NCBI GenBank assembly: GCA_964571255.1
Contig: CAZNAA010000001.1
Span: 487,674-551,673 of the forward strand
Origin: an uncultured Gammaproteobacteria bacterium
GTDB taxonomy: Bacteria > Patescibacteriota > Microgenomatia > Levybacterales > UBA12049
Direction of reading: 5' to 3'
Length of the DNA: 64,000 bases
Each line of letters starts with the position of its first letter. The first letter of the stretch is position 1. The translations under genes and the position numbers were made by a program. A model generated the notes under the pieces. The model ran no database searches and was not told where the DNA came from. It saw only the letters and a list, made by a program, of their open reading frames with translations. Positions 49,074 through 58,022 of this stretch are shown here, piece by piece.

Positions 49074-50549
49074 TTAATTAAAAATCCTATTCCAAATAGA
49101 TCGGAGCGAAAAACTACGTTGAGATACTGTTTTAGAAGTTGATGAAGGCAGTGTCAACGCAGATTCATCAGGATATTCAGTTTGTGGATCAAAGATTGAT
49201 CTTTTGATATTTTCTCCATTAATAAACTGAGCAATTTTTCGCCCTCCATAAATTGATGGAAGGATTCCTACTCCATTACACCCTAAATTATAAAGAAGTA
49301 CAGGATTTAGTGGTTCAGGCCCAATACAGCGCAAGCCATTTGGTGTATATCCCATTAGACCATGCCACTTATACTGATACTTTATTTCTCCTTTCGGTGC
49401 AAACATATACGTTTGATGCAAAAATTCATCAATTACTTTCTGAGCTTCTTCAGGATAAGAATGTTCTTCTTTAGAATATTTGTTTGTATCCTCCATTAAT
49501 ACTTCTGGACCTCCAATACAGATCAAACTATCTTTTTGATTTTCTTCCAATTCAAAGGTACGACGAGTTAAATAAAAATACGGATCATTTTCCATTGCAC
49601 TACTTGCTGTATTCGTTTTAGGAAGGTAGCTAATTGCAACAGGTGGCATGGTATGTTCTTCAAGGTATGCCGCCATATACCCTACTGCTCCATTTACTAA
49701 ATGGTGGAATTTAGTATTAATATCTTTTCCTACTCTGTTCGTAATTTTAAACTTCTCAAATCCATTCGTACACAATACGACTCGATCAGCAACTACTTCA
49801 AACTCTCCCACTTTTAACTGGGCAAATCCATTATCTAAACAAACTTCTTTTACATGACTATGTTCAAAAAATTCAAATCGCTTTTTATAGTGTTCAACCA
49901 AATATTCCAGTATTTCTTCACAAAACAGCGCACTATTCATACACCCTTTTCTTGCAGAAAGTGCAGCAATATAGCGTGAGTCTTTCGTTTGAAGGAGAGA
50001 GAGAACATCAATATGAGGAACCAGTGAATATAACCCATTATATTTTTCAGGGATTCTTTTCTTATCTAAAAACTCTTCAGAAATTACTAAAGGTTCCATA
50101 TTTATCGCTACTTCCCGGCTGTACCAATTATTTTCTAAATGCACAAGAATTTCATCTAAATCCTGACAACCTGCATATCCTGTAAACTGAGCAAAGGGGG
50201 TTTTAATATTAGTATTTACAAATATTTGCTCGAGTAAATTCCAAGCAGAATTTACTGCTTTTTGTGCATCAGCAGCTAATTCTAACCCATATTCTTTTAC
50301 TAATCCTGAGAGTTGCCTTTCAAAGTAACTAACAACTTGTCCAGCGTTATGTCCAGTTGCACCATGGGCAATTTTATCTCCCTCTAGCAACAGGACATCT
50401 CTATCAGTATGTTTTAGAATGTAATAAGCAGACGCAATACCTGCTATTCCCCCTCCAACAATTGCAATATGAGTTTTTTTGTTTTCTTTTAGTGTATGAC
50501 TTGGAAGTTTTCTTTTCAGTTGAGTAATCCAGGGGGAGGTATTGGGCAT
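49074..50549 (-). CDS. FAD-dependent oxidoreductase (DAO family)
   Basis: IAIVGGGIAGIASAY dinucleotide-binding motif, GHNAGQV, and C-terminal GCNGVGILPS. Confidence 0.7.
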   Translation of the reverse strand: MPNTSPWITQLKRKLPSHTLKENKKTHIAIVGGGIAGIASAYYILKHTDRDVLLLEGDKIAHGATGHNAGQVVSYFERQLSGLVKEYGLELAADAQKAVNSAWNLLEQIFVNTNIKTPFAQFTGYAGCQDLDEILVHLENNWYSREVAINMEPLVISEEFLDKKRIPEKYNGLYSLVPHIDVLSLLQTKDSRYIAALSARKGCMNSALFCEEILEYLVEHYKKRFEFFEHSHVKEVCLDNGFAQLKVGEFEVVADRVVLCTNGFEKFKITNRVGKDINTKFHHLVNGAVGYMAAYLEEHTMPPVAISYLPKTNTASSAMENDPYFYLTRRTFELEENQKDSLICIGGPEVLMEDTNKYSKEEHSYPEEAQKVIDEFLHQTYMFAPKGEIKYQYKWHGLMGYTPNGLRCIGPEPLNPVLLYNLGCNGVGILPSIYGGRKIAQFINGENIKRSIFDPQTEYPDESALTLPSSTSKTVSQRSFSLRSIWNRIFN

Positions 50550-50585
50550 ATTTTTATAATAACAAAAAGTAACTATTTGATAAAA

Positions 50586-51935
50586 TCATAACCTCCCAAG
50601 ACGTTTGGAGAATTCTAGAATTCGGGGATCAACAATCACATCGTTAGGATAAATTCGCTTCGTGACAACCATTCCTTCAAGAGTTCGACATCTACTGAGT
50701 GCTACATAGGTTTGGCCATGAGTGAATGGAGATTTAGTAAAATCGATATTTACTTTACTAAAAGTCATCCCTTGGCTTTTATGAATGGTTATAGCCCAAG
50801 CCAGCTTCAAAGGGTATTGTTTCAATTTGCCCAAAACTGCTGGAACAACTTGTCCTGTTTCTTCATCAAACTCATATTTAATATTCTCCCATTCCTCAAG
50901 AGGAACCGAGACGATTTCATGATACCCTTCCTCATCCAGTTTTACTTTCACTACTTCGTAGTTTACTTCATGTACTATTCCTGATGTTCCATTCACCCAT
51001 CTTCTGCCTTTATCGTTTTTGACAAAAATAACTCTTGCTCCTTTTTTGAGATTTAACTCCATCTCAACTGGCAAAATTCTATCCTCAGTTGGAAAATTTC
51101 CTTCAACACTTGCATCAAAAGAAAAGGAAGGATTATTAATTTTATTAAGCTCTGAATCATTAATCGCATTAACCACACTATTCGTTGTCGCTAGAGTAAT
51201 GTATTCTCTTCTGATCTTTTCATAGTCTCTAACTATTACTCGAGTGTTGATAAGAGCCAAATCCTCACTCATTACTTCTCCTACTCTTATCTTATTTAAA
51301 AGATTTACATAGGTTAGATCTTTTTGTCTAAAAATATTTGTTAACTCTATTACAGAAAATCCAGATGAAGAAAAGGCATCTGAGCTAAAAAAGTACGGAG
51401 TAGGATAAAACTCACTAAAAACACCCATCTCTTCTCTCGTGACAATTGGAGGAAGTTGATATAAGTCTCCAACTACAATTATTTGAGCTCCTCCAAACGG
51501 AACTGCTCGATCCTTTCCATTGATTCTCATAAACTTGTCTATTGCGTCTAAAAGATCTGCACGAACCATGGAAATCTCATCAATAATAATTGTATCTAAA
51601 TCTCGATAGATTCGAGAATTAGAATGACGCTGTGGCGAGTTAGGTGACATGAAGCGAGGAGAGAAATGGAAAAAAGAGTGAATGGTTTGTCCTCGAACAT
51701 TAATGGCTGCTAAACCGGTTGGAGCCAAAACAACAGCTTTCTTCTTAGTAGTATTTCTAAAGTATTCAATAAGAGTAGATTTTCCTGTCCCAGCTTTTCC
51801 TGTAATGAAAAGATTTAAAGAGGTATTTTCCATACTATCAATACAGTCTTTAAATTCTTGAGTTAGTTCAAAAGCAGTATCCTCCCCTGTAATAAGATTT
51901 TTTATTTTTTTAACGGTTGTTGAAAGATCGGGCAT
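50586..51935 (-). CDS. Pif1/RecD-like SF1B DNA helicase
   Basis: FITGKAGTGKSTL Walker A, DEISMV Walker B, and further motifs; 449 aa core with no extra domains. Confidence 0.75.
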   Translation of the reverse strand: MPDLSTTVKKIKNLITGEDTAFELTQEFKDCIDSMENTSLNLFITGKAGTGKSTLIEYFRNTTKKKAVVLAPTGLAAINVRGQTIHSFFHFSPRFMSPNSPQRHSNSRIYRDLDTIIIDEISMVRADLLDAIDKFMRINGKDRAVPFGGAQIIVVGDLYQLPPIVTREEMGVFSEFYPTPYFFSSDAFSSSGFSVIELTNIFRQKDLTYVNLLNKIRVGEVMSEDLALINTRVIVRDYEKIRREYITLATTNSVVNAINDSELNKINNPSFSFDASVEGNFPTEDRILPVEMELNLKKGARVIFVKNDKGRRWVNGTSGIVHEVNYEVVKVKLDEEGYHEIVSVPLEEWENIKYEFDEETGQVVPAVLGKLKQYPLKLAWAITIHKSQGMTFSKVNIDFTKSPFTHGQTYVALSRCRTLEGMVVTKRIYPNDVIVDPRILEFSKRLGRL

Positions 51936-52405
51936 GAGTAGAAGAAGTATAGCATGAAAGAGAAGTGCTGACTAAAAGAGCTGCGAATAAGCTAAACGTA
52001 GTGGTTTCGGATCATTCTGACTCAGAGTATCTATAAGGAAATAACTCTAATGCTATTCTAGTCAGGTTAAAAACCAGATTATATAGACATTCTACCCACC
52101 ATCTGCAAAATGGTTCTTCTTTTCCTACTCTCAACTTTTGAATCCTACTCTTAAGAAGAGATACACTTGCTGTAGAGACTAAAACACTTAGTTAAACTAT
52201 CCGCTTCAAACGCTTGACCTTATTGACATCTTCTCTAGAAGTTCTTAGCTAAATAGCATTTCACCTAGAAACCATATCATTCCTACAAAGACAGGAATCC
52301 AGAGCCCAAAACACAGGATCTCTGGTTTGCCTCAAGGGATGATAAATAAACCTGAGGTAATATCAGGACATAAACATGTTGAGACCTATTGATTAATTAA
52401 TAGTT

Positions 52406-52810
52406 TTATTTGGTTGCAACTTGCGCGCAATGCGAACAGCGTTTTGCTTGAAGAGGTATCTCGCTTAGACACTCTTTACACTTTTTGGTTGTAGGATCTG
52501 CAGGCGGTTCTTTATGGGATCTGGCAATAAGCATATTCATCGGCTTGACCACAAAGAAGAAAATTGCGCCTGCAACAAGAATAAAGGAAATGAGTGCGTT
52601 AATAAAATGGCCATACATAAATTTACTTCCGTTTAATGTGAAAGAAAGGCCTCCAAAATCAGGAACCTTGGCAATTGCCGCTATTAATGGAGTCAAAAGA
52701 TCTGAAACAAGAGCTGTAACAACAGTACCAAAAGAAGCACCTATCACAACACCAACTGCTAAATCAACAACATTCCCTCGAAGTAAAAATTGTTTGAATT
52801 CTTTAAACAT
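52406..52810 (-). CDS. mscL: Large-conductance mechanosensitive channel MscL with C-terminal CxxC...CxxC zinc-ribbon tail
   Basis: MFKEFKQFLLRGNVVDLAVGVVIGASFG is the canonical MscL TM1. The C-terminus is KKCKECLSEIPLQAKRCSHCAQ. Confidence 0.85.
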   Translation of the reverse strand: MFKEFKQFLLRGNVVDLAVGVVIGASFGTVVTALVSDLLTPLIAAIAKVPDFGGLSFTLNGSKFMYGHFINALISFILVAGAIFFFVVKPMNMLIARSHKEPPADPTTKKCKECLSEIPLQAKRCSHCAQVATK

Positions 52811-53101
52811 AAGTTCTTAGCTATTTAATAATGTTAATTATAGCACCTTATCTTTCTTTAGCAATACTATACCTACCTTTCTGGATAATATCAAACACGG
52901 TCAACTACTTCTGAAATTGCCCGCAACTAATTAAACTCTTTAGGTAAATAGTTTACCGACTTTGTTTAACGTTCATCAGGAACAAACCGTAAAGCAACAG
53001 CGGATCACTATTAAACCAGGCTCCGCCAGGAATGAGCTCTGGTACTGTTGGACCCTTTGGACTCGATACATCAAACATAGGCTTTCCCATGTCTTCTTTC
53101 T

Positions 53102-53866
53102 TTATTTCTTGTCCGCCTTCCTATCCAATTCATTTCTTATTGCCTCGTTATCTTCAAGTTGTGTAAGCCCGACACTATATTGGGGAAATTTCTCTAAAAC
53201 AAACGTTTGGAATTTTCGATCAATATTAAAGAATATTCCAATTGCAGTCAGGATCATAAGAACTCCAAATAGTTTTTGAATATGGCCAAGATTTGCAAGT
53301 AACCAAGGAACTCGTCGGAGTGCATTTTGACCACCTAACATTATCAAAAACATTGGAATTGCTGTACCTAAAGCATAAGCAAGGGTGATAAGAAATGCGT
53401 CAAAAGTAACCGTTCCCGTAATAGCAAGAGATATGACAGATGCGAGTATTGGTCCTACACACGGTGTCCAAAGTAATCCAACAGAAAAACCTATGAGTAA
53501 TCCACCACCAAAGCCTGTTCTCCTTTGATTGCTTGGCATGAATACTGCCATCTTTGAAAACATCTTTTCAACCAGTACTTGGAATTGCGGGATAAGCAGT
53601 GATGCGCCAAATCCTCCGATAACAAGTACTGAAACCAACCTGAGTGTATCTGCTGAAATACCGCTAAGTCGAACGATGGTTGATAAAAATAGAGTGAAAA
53701 AAGTAAAACTTAATATAAATCCAATCACCACACCGAGGGGACGTGATTTTCCAGTACTTACCCCGCCAATACTTGAAGTGAGAATTATAGGAAGAATTGG
53801 TAAGATACACGGAGAGAGAACAGTTATGACTCCTGCTAAGAATGCAAATGCTATCAGTAATATCAT
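53102..53866 (-). CDS. ccdA: CcdA/DsbD-family transmembrane thiol-disulfide electron transporter
   Basis: Two conserved membrane cysteines, LSPCILP and WTPCVGP; 6-TM core. Confidence 0.8.
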   Translation of the reverse strand: MILLIAFAFLAGVITVLSPCILPILPIILTSSIGGVSTGKSRPLGVVIGFILSFTFFTLFLSTIVRLSGISADTLRLVSVLVIGGFGASLLIPQFQVLVEKMFSKMAVFMPSNQRRTGFGGGLLIGFSVGLLWTPCVGPILASVISLAITGTVTFDAFLITLAYALGTAIPMFLIMLGGQNALRRVPWLLANLGHIQKLFGVLMILTAIGIFFNIDRKFQTFVLEKFPQYSVGLTQLEDNEAIRNELDRKADKK

Positions 53867-53924
53867 ATTTTGTTAATTACCCTCTGATATGGTTTTTATG
53901 CTTTGATAAAAACCACAACACAGA

Positions 53925-54482
53925 CTATTTAATTTTAGTCAGTAACTCATCTGTTTTACCACCATTCCATTTCATTATCTCTTTTCCTTGTCCATCGATT
54001 TGGACATATGTATGCTGGTAGGTAATACCATACTTTTTGGCAAGATCTTTTTCCTCTTGATCTGTTTCAGAATCACTATAGTTAACCCGTATAACAGCTA
54101 CATCAGTAGGAATCTTGCTTGTATTTGCCTTTAAATCTGCATCTGCAGACTTACAAGTTGGGCACCAAGACGCATAAAAGAACAGCACTCGACGATTGCT
54201 AGAAGCATTGTCTAATACAGTTTTTGAATACTCTACGTATTGATCATCACTCTTTTGCATCATAGCATCGTCTTTTTCCATTGCTGAATCGTCATTCTTC
54301 ATCATTACCTCGTCATTACCTTCCATTACAGCACCTTCTTTTCCCACCATGGCTGCTTCTTCTTGTGCCATTTTTGCATTTTCAGCGCTTTTTGATTGTT
54401 GACTTGAGAAAAAAACTCCACCACCTGCAAGAACTAAAAACACAACACCTGCAATTATTAATTTGTTATTCACATCATTCAC
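53925..54482 (-). CDS. Membrane-anchored thioredoxin-fold protein (TlpA/ResA-like) with Met-rich linker
   Basis: N-terminal TM, then the linker AMVGKEGAVMEGNDEVMMKNDDSAMEKDDAMMQK, then the thioredoxin motif FFYASWCPTCK. Confidence 0.75.
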   Translation of the reverse strand: MNDVNNKLIIAGVVFLVLAGGGVFFSSQQSKSAENAKMAQEEAAMVGKEGAVMEGNDEVMMKNDDSAMEKDDAMMQKSDDQYVEYSKTVLDNASSNRRVLFFYASWCPTCKSADADLKANTSKIPTDVAVIRVNYSDSETDQEEKDLAKKYGITYQHTYVQIDGQGKEIMKWNGGKTDELLTKIK

Positions 54483-54493
54483 CCCCTTTCATA

Positions 54494-54865
54494 TTAATGT
54501 TTTACATGTCCGTAAATAAGACCAATTATTTTTACAAGTAACCCAACACAAATTGCGATAACAAGAAACGGATCAATTTGTCCTTGAAAACTTTGAACTA
54601 TAACTCCAACAATCAACAGTGTTATCGTAGCAAAATATGCAGACCTGGAAGCTATAAATTTGTGCATTTGATCTCGCTCATCGCCGGGTGTTTCTTTCCA
54701 AAGAAACCCTGTGAATATAATAAATAATATTACAAGAAACGGTACCATCAATGGATGAAGCATATGGGGCATAAGTAGATCTAAAGGATTGATGAAGAAA
54801 ACTAACAGTCCAATTAGGGCGAAAGAGATAATTATTTCACCGATGAATTTATTCTTCATATTCAT
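54494..54865 (-). CDS. Small 4-TM membrane protein (DUF2178-like partner of YozG-type regulator)
   Basis: Four hydrophobic helices. Start taken at the MNMKNK methionine, giving an 11-17 nt overlap with the upstream XRE gene, as is typical for this conserved pair. Confidence 0.5.
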   Translation of the reverse strand: MNMKNKFIGEIIISFALIGLLVFFINPLDLLMPHMLHPLMVPFLVILFIIFTGFLWKETPGDERDQMHKFIASRSAYFATITLLIVGVIVQSFQGQIDPFLVIAICVGLLVKIIGLIYGHVKH

Positions 54866-55064
54866 TTTTGTATATAAATACTTCCTCAACAGGCTTTTTA
54901 AAAAACCTGGCAATTTTTATCCCAAGCAGCAATGACGGAGTATAGTTACCTTTTTCTATTGCAATAATTGTTTGCCTGGACACACTTACTGCTTTTGCTA
55001 GGTCTTCTTGCGTTACATTTAATTCTTTGCGTAACTCAAAAACTTTGTTATGTATATGATCCAT
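54849..55064 (-). CDS. XRE-family HTH transcriptional regulator (YozG-like, 71 aa)
   Basis: NKVFELRKELNVTQEDLAKAVSVSRQTIIAIEKGNYTPSLLLGIKIARFF is a canonical Cro/C1 HTH. Confidence 0.8.
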   Translation of the reverse strand: MDHIHNKVFELRKELNVTQEDLAKAVSVSRQTIIAIEKGNYTPSLLLGIKIARFFKKPVEEVFIYKNEYEE

Positions 55065-55076
55065 GATTAGCTTTTA

Positions 55077-55098
55077 AATGTCAAGTAGATTTGACATT
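55077..55098. promoter_or_regulatory. Perfect 8-6-8 inverted repeat AATGTCAA-gtagat-TTGACATT, candidate operator of the adjacent XRE regulator
   Basis: Lies 13 bp upstream of the XRE start codon. Additional TGTCA/TGACA half-sites at 55123-55140, including the TGTCATGACA palindrome. TTGACA-18-TAGAAT promoter-like elements on the minus strand overlap it. Confidence 0.45.
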
Positions 55099-55320
55099 AT
55101 TCTAGTTTGCCACTAGGTTCCTTGTCAAGCTGTCATGACATGTTAATATCTCTTGCAATCAAATAAATCTGCAAAGCTATTACACCCGGAGTATAGCAAT
55201 CCTTGAATTTAGCGAAAACTAGTAATTTACCTATATAGCATCTATCCTTCAGAATATATCTAAGATACAGAATGCCTGATATGTATGTCACCTACAAATG
55301 ATTTAGACTATACTAGTAAT

Positions 55321-57258
55321 ATGAAATCTTTTTTCGTGTTCATAGTTTTACTGCTTTTCATATCATCTTTTTTTACTCCTCAGACTAATGCTGCTTCTCC
55401 TATAGCTTCTCTTCCTTTGATTAGTCGATCTATACCCGCCTATTCATCAGATGATTGTTTTGCTAATTATCCAGCTAGTCGAGCCAATGATGCAGACTAC
55501 TCCACACAATGGAGATCTTGCGCGGCACAACCGTCATCTGGATCACCAGTGACAATAAGTTATGATCTGTCAGGAATAGCTTCTGATTCACGAAAAAATG
55601 TAGTTCTAGCCTGGTATAACGACCCTACTACCAGTCCTTATGACCATACCATTATTCTGCCCACCTTTGCTTATAACATGCCGGCTAACTACACCATCCA
55701 AGCCAATAGTGCTGCTGGAGGTAGCTTACCTGGAAGTGGATGGGTAACACTCGTCACCGTCACAGGTAATGTTTTTCATTCCAGACAGCATGTCTTAAAT
55801 TTGGAAGGATACAATTGGATACGTATGTCAGTTACTGCTACAGATGGTGCAGTAGCAAACTTTGACGTATCCTTAAATATGGATATTCATAATAGCTCCT
55901 CGGGCGTAATTGATAACTGGCTATTTTTAGGAGACTCAGTAACGCAATATGGCCTTCAGCATGACTCAACACATGGCAATACCTTTGGGCAACTAGTTAA
56001 CGCATCAAACAACACGTATTACCCACTTCAGGAAAACGGGGGGATAGCAGGCGCAAGCAGCACTAATGCAGTTGCTAGTATAAGCGCGTGGCTCACAAAT
56101 TTTCCAGGCAAATTTGTCGTTTTAAACTACGGGACCAATGATGCAAATCTAGCAGGTGCAGGAGACCCAACAATTGGCACAACATTTTATAACAATCTCC
56201 TTTCGCTCGTAAATACAATTGAGACTGCAGGCAAAATTGCAATTATCCCACATATTATTTATGGGAAAACTACTAATATCCTAAGCAATGCACCCACTCT
56301 CAACACAAAAATTGATCAACTATATACTGATCATCCCAGTATTATCCGAGGTCCCGATCTGTGGTCATACTTTAACACCAACGAGAGTTATATCTCAGGA
56401 GATAACATTCATCCTACAGATCCAGCTGGTTATACTGCATATCGCCAACAATGGGTTAGCTGGGCACTAAATACAATATATACTACTCCAAATCTAACAA
56501 TTACTCCACTTAGTGGAACTTTCAGTTCAAATCAATCTGTAACTATCACTTCTGATAAATCTTATTCAACTATTTACTACACTCTTGATGGAACCACTCC
56601 AAGTACAAGTAGCAGTGTCTACACAACGCCTTTAACTATCTCCTCTAATACAACTTTAAAAACTTTTGGAGCTGATCAAGCAGGTAATATATCAGACACT
56701 ACTACTATCACCTATACATTCCCCACCCCAACTCCTTCCAGTTCTTCACCGTCTTCTTCAAACTCAATACCAAATCAAAATCACCCATCAGGATGGAAAA
56801 ACGAAATCCATTTCGGTCCAAATTATATGGGTAATCAAACATTTAAAACAGGTGACATTAAAACGAAAGGAGCCTCTATTTTTATTCCTAAATCAGCCAC
56901 TTTTATTGATGTTTTAACCGACATTCAAGCACTATCATCTGGAACACTGATAAATACAAATCTTGCTCCCTTCCCGTGGATGCAAAAATATAATATTGTG
57001 AGTGAATTTTTTCAATTTTCTGCGACTTCTTCATTTAATGGATACCCCGTTACCTCTTTTGTAAAACCAATAATTATTACTCTCCCGTATAAAAAGACTC
57101 ATGGTATTACTAAAAAGCAGCTACAGATTATTTATTACAATACTCAGAAGAAAAAATGGCAATCAGTCAATGCTCCTTTTGTTATCGATGAAAAAAAAAT
57201 GACAATTTCTACTACGACTAACTTTCTCTCTGTTTTTGCAGTAGGATATAAAAAATAA
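55321..57258 (+). CDS. Secreted multidomain carbohydrate esterase: signal peptide, F5/8-type-C/CBM-like domain, SGNH/GDSL hydrolase domain, chitobiase/hexosaminidase C-terminal-like domain, Ser/Pro linker, C-terminal domain of unknown function
   Basis: MKSFFVFIVLLLFISSFF signal peptide; DADYSTQWRS lectin-like region; FLGDSVT GDS(L) catalytic block; TIYYTLDGTTPSTSSSVYTTPLTISSNTTLKTFGADQAGN. Start chosen at the ATG preceded by TATACT plus 6 nt; the track start 55285 is 12 codons upstream. Confidence 0.65.
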   Translation: MKSFFVFIVLLLFISSFFTPQTNAASPIASLPLISRSIPAYSSDDCFANYPASRANDADYSTQWRSCAAQPSSGSPVTISYDLSGIASDSRKNVVLAWYNDPTTSPYDHTIILPTFAYNMPANYTIQANSAAGGSLPGSGWVTLVTVTGNVFHSRQHVLNLEGYNWIRMSVTATDGAVANFDVSLNMDIHNSSSGVIDNWLFLGDSVTQYGLQHDSTHGNTFGQLVNASNNTYYPLQENGGIAGASSTNAVASISAWLTNFPGKFVVLNYGTNDANLAGAGDPTIGTTFYNNLLSLVNTIETAGKIAIIPHIIYGKTTNILSNAPTLNTKIDQLYTDHPSIIRGPDLWSYFNTNESYISGDNIHPTDPAGYTAYRQQWVSWALNTIYTTPNLTITPLSGTFSSNQSVTITSDKSYSTIYYTLDGTTPSTSSSVYTTPLTISSNTTLKTFGADQAGNISDTTTITYTFPTPTPSSSSPSSSNSIPNQNHPSGWKNEIHFGPNYMGNQTFKTGDIKTKGASIFIPKSATFIDVLTDIQALSSGTLINTNLAPFPWMQKYNIVSEFFQFSATSSFNGYPVTSFVKPIIITLPYKKTHGITKKQLQIIYYNTQKKKWQSVNAPFVIDEKKMTISTTTNFLSVFAVGYKK

Positions 57259-57398
57259 GTCTTATCTTGCCTGCTTATTTAGCAAAGTAATAATAATTTG
57301 AAGTACGGTTGCAAATGATACCCAAAGTAGATATCGAATTTGAATGTAAGCTACCCATCGGGCTATTTAGAGAGTACGGTCACTCTCGGTTCTTATAT

Positions 57399-57472
57399 TG
57401 GCTGCGGAGCAGGGAGTCGAACCCCAATAAACGGATCCAGATTCCGTTGTCCTACCATTAGACGACTCCGCA
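57399..57472 (-). tRNA. tRNA-Gln (anticodon CUG), CCA encoded
   Basis: Reverse complement folds as U1-A72 acceptor TGCGGAG/CTCCGCA, D-stem GTCT/GGAC, anticodon stem ACGGA/TCCGT with loop ATCTGGA, T-loop TTCGACT, discriminator G, then CCA. Confidence 0.85.
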
Positions 57473-57540
57473 GTAAGTAAAGCTATTTTACTAGAATTCG
57501 TGCGAAAAACCAAGGAGAGGCATTAGGATTCAGAAACAAA

Positions 57541-57903
57541 CTACTCTTTCAAAGAATACCCAAATCCCCTAACAGATTTAATCAGATGCTTCTCAAAGTC
57601 ATGATCTATCTTCTTTTTAAGATATCCCATATAGACATCAACAACTCGAGTCTCTACGTTTGGCGCATATACCCAGACCTGATTTAAAATCACTTCCCGT
57701 GTAAGAACTTTTCCTTGGTTTAACATTAAATACTCCAATAGTTTAAATTCTTTAGGAGTCAGTTGAATTTCCTTCTCTCCTCTTCTAACTTGCAGTGTCG
57801 AACGATCAAGCGTCAAATCATCGACTGATAAAACAGTTGAATTTCCATTTTTTTTCACCTGAATATCTTTAATGTCCTCTACTAAAAAAATGTCTTGACC
57901 CAT
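57541..57903 (-). CDS. Stand-alone OmpR/PhoB-type winged-helix DNA-binding domain protein (no receiver domain)
   Basis: LTPKEFKLLEYLMLNQGKVLTREVILNQVWVY...VVDVYMGYLKKKID...IKSVRGFGYSL is a trans_reg_C domain. Only about 20 aa precede it. Start placed at the ATG (MGQDIF); the track start is TTG. Confidence 0.7.
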   Translation of the reverse strand: MGQDIFLVEDIKDIQVKKNGNSTVLSVDDLTLDRSTLQVRRGEKEIQLTPKEFKLLEYLMLNQGKVLTREVILNQVWVYAPNVETRVVDVYMGYLKKKIDHDFEKHLIKSVRGFGYSLKE

Positions 57904-58022
57904 AATATGCTGTATCTGATACCAGCAAAAAAAAGTATTGCTAGATAAAAACAATCATTATCTATTATACCACTCAAAATAAGAATAGATTAAGAATTTG
58001 CTAAAAATGATATAATAGACCT

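Noticed and set aside
51936-52405. RNase P RNA, tmRNA, SRP RNA in the long intergenic region
   Set aside because: Conserved P4 (AGGAAAGUCCGG), the tmRNA tag-reading-frame and 3' T-arm, and the SRP domain IV consensus are all absent on both strands.
57191-57199. A9 homopolymer inside the esterase gene as a phase-variation switch
   Set aside because: Nine A's is within the range expected by chance in a 33% GC genome. It is noted in the esterase finding but not called as a feature.
57300-57398. Possible second tRNA or hairpin terminator next to tRNA-Gln (GAGAGT-acggtc-ACTCTC stem at 57371-57388)
   Set aside because: No cloverleaf could be folded from the flanking sequence. The hairpin lacks a following U-tract, so it is not confidently a terminator.
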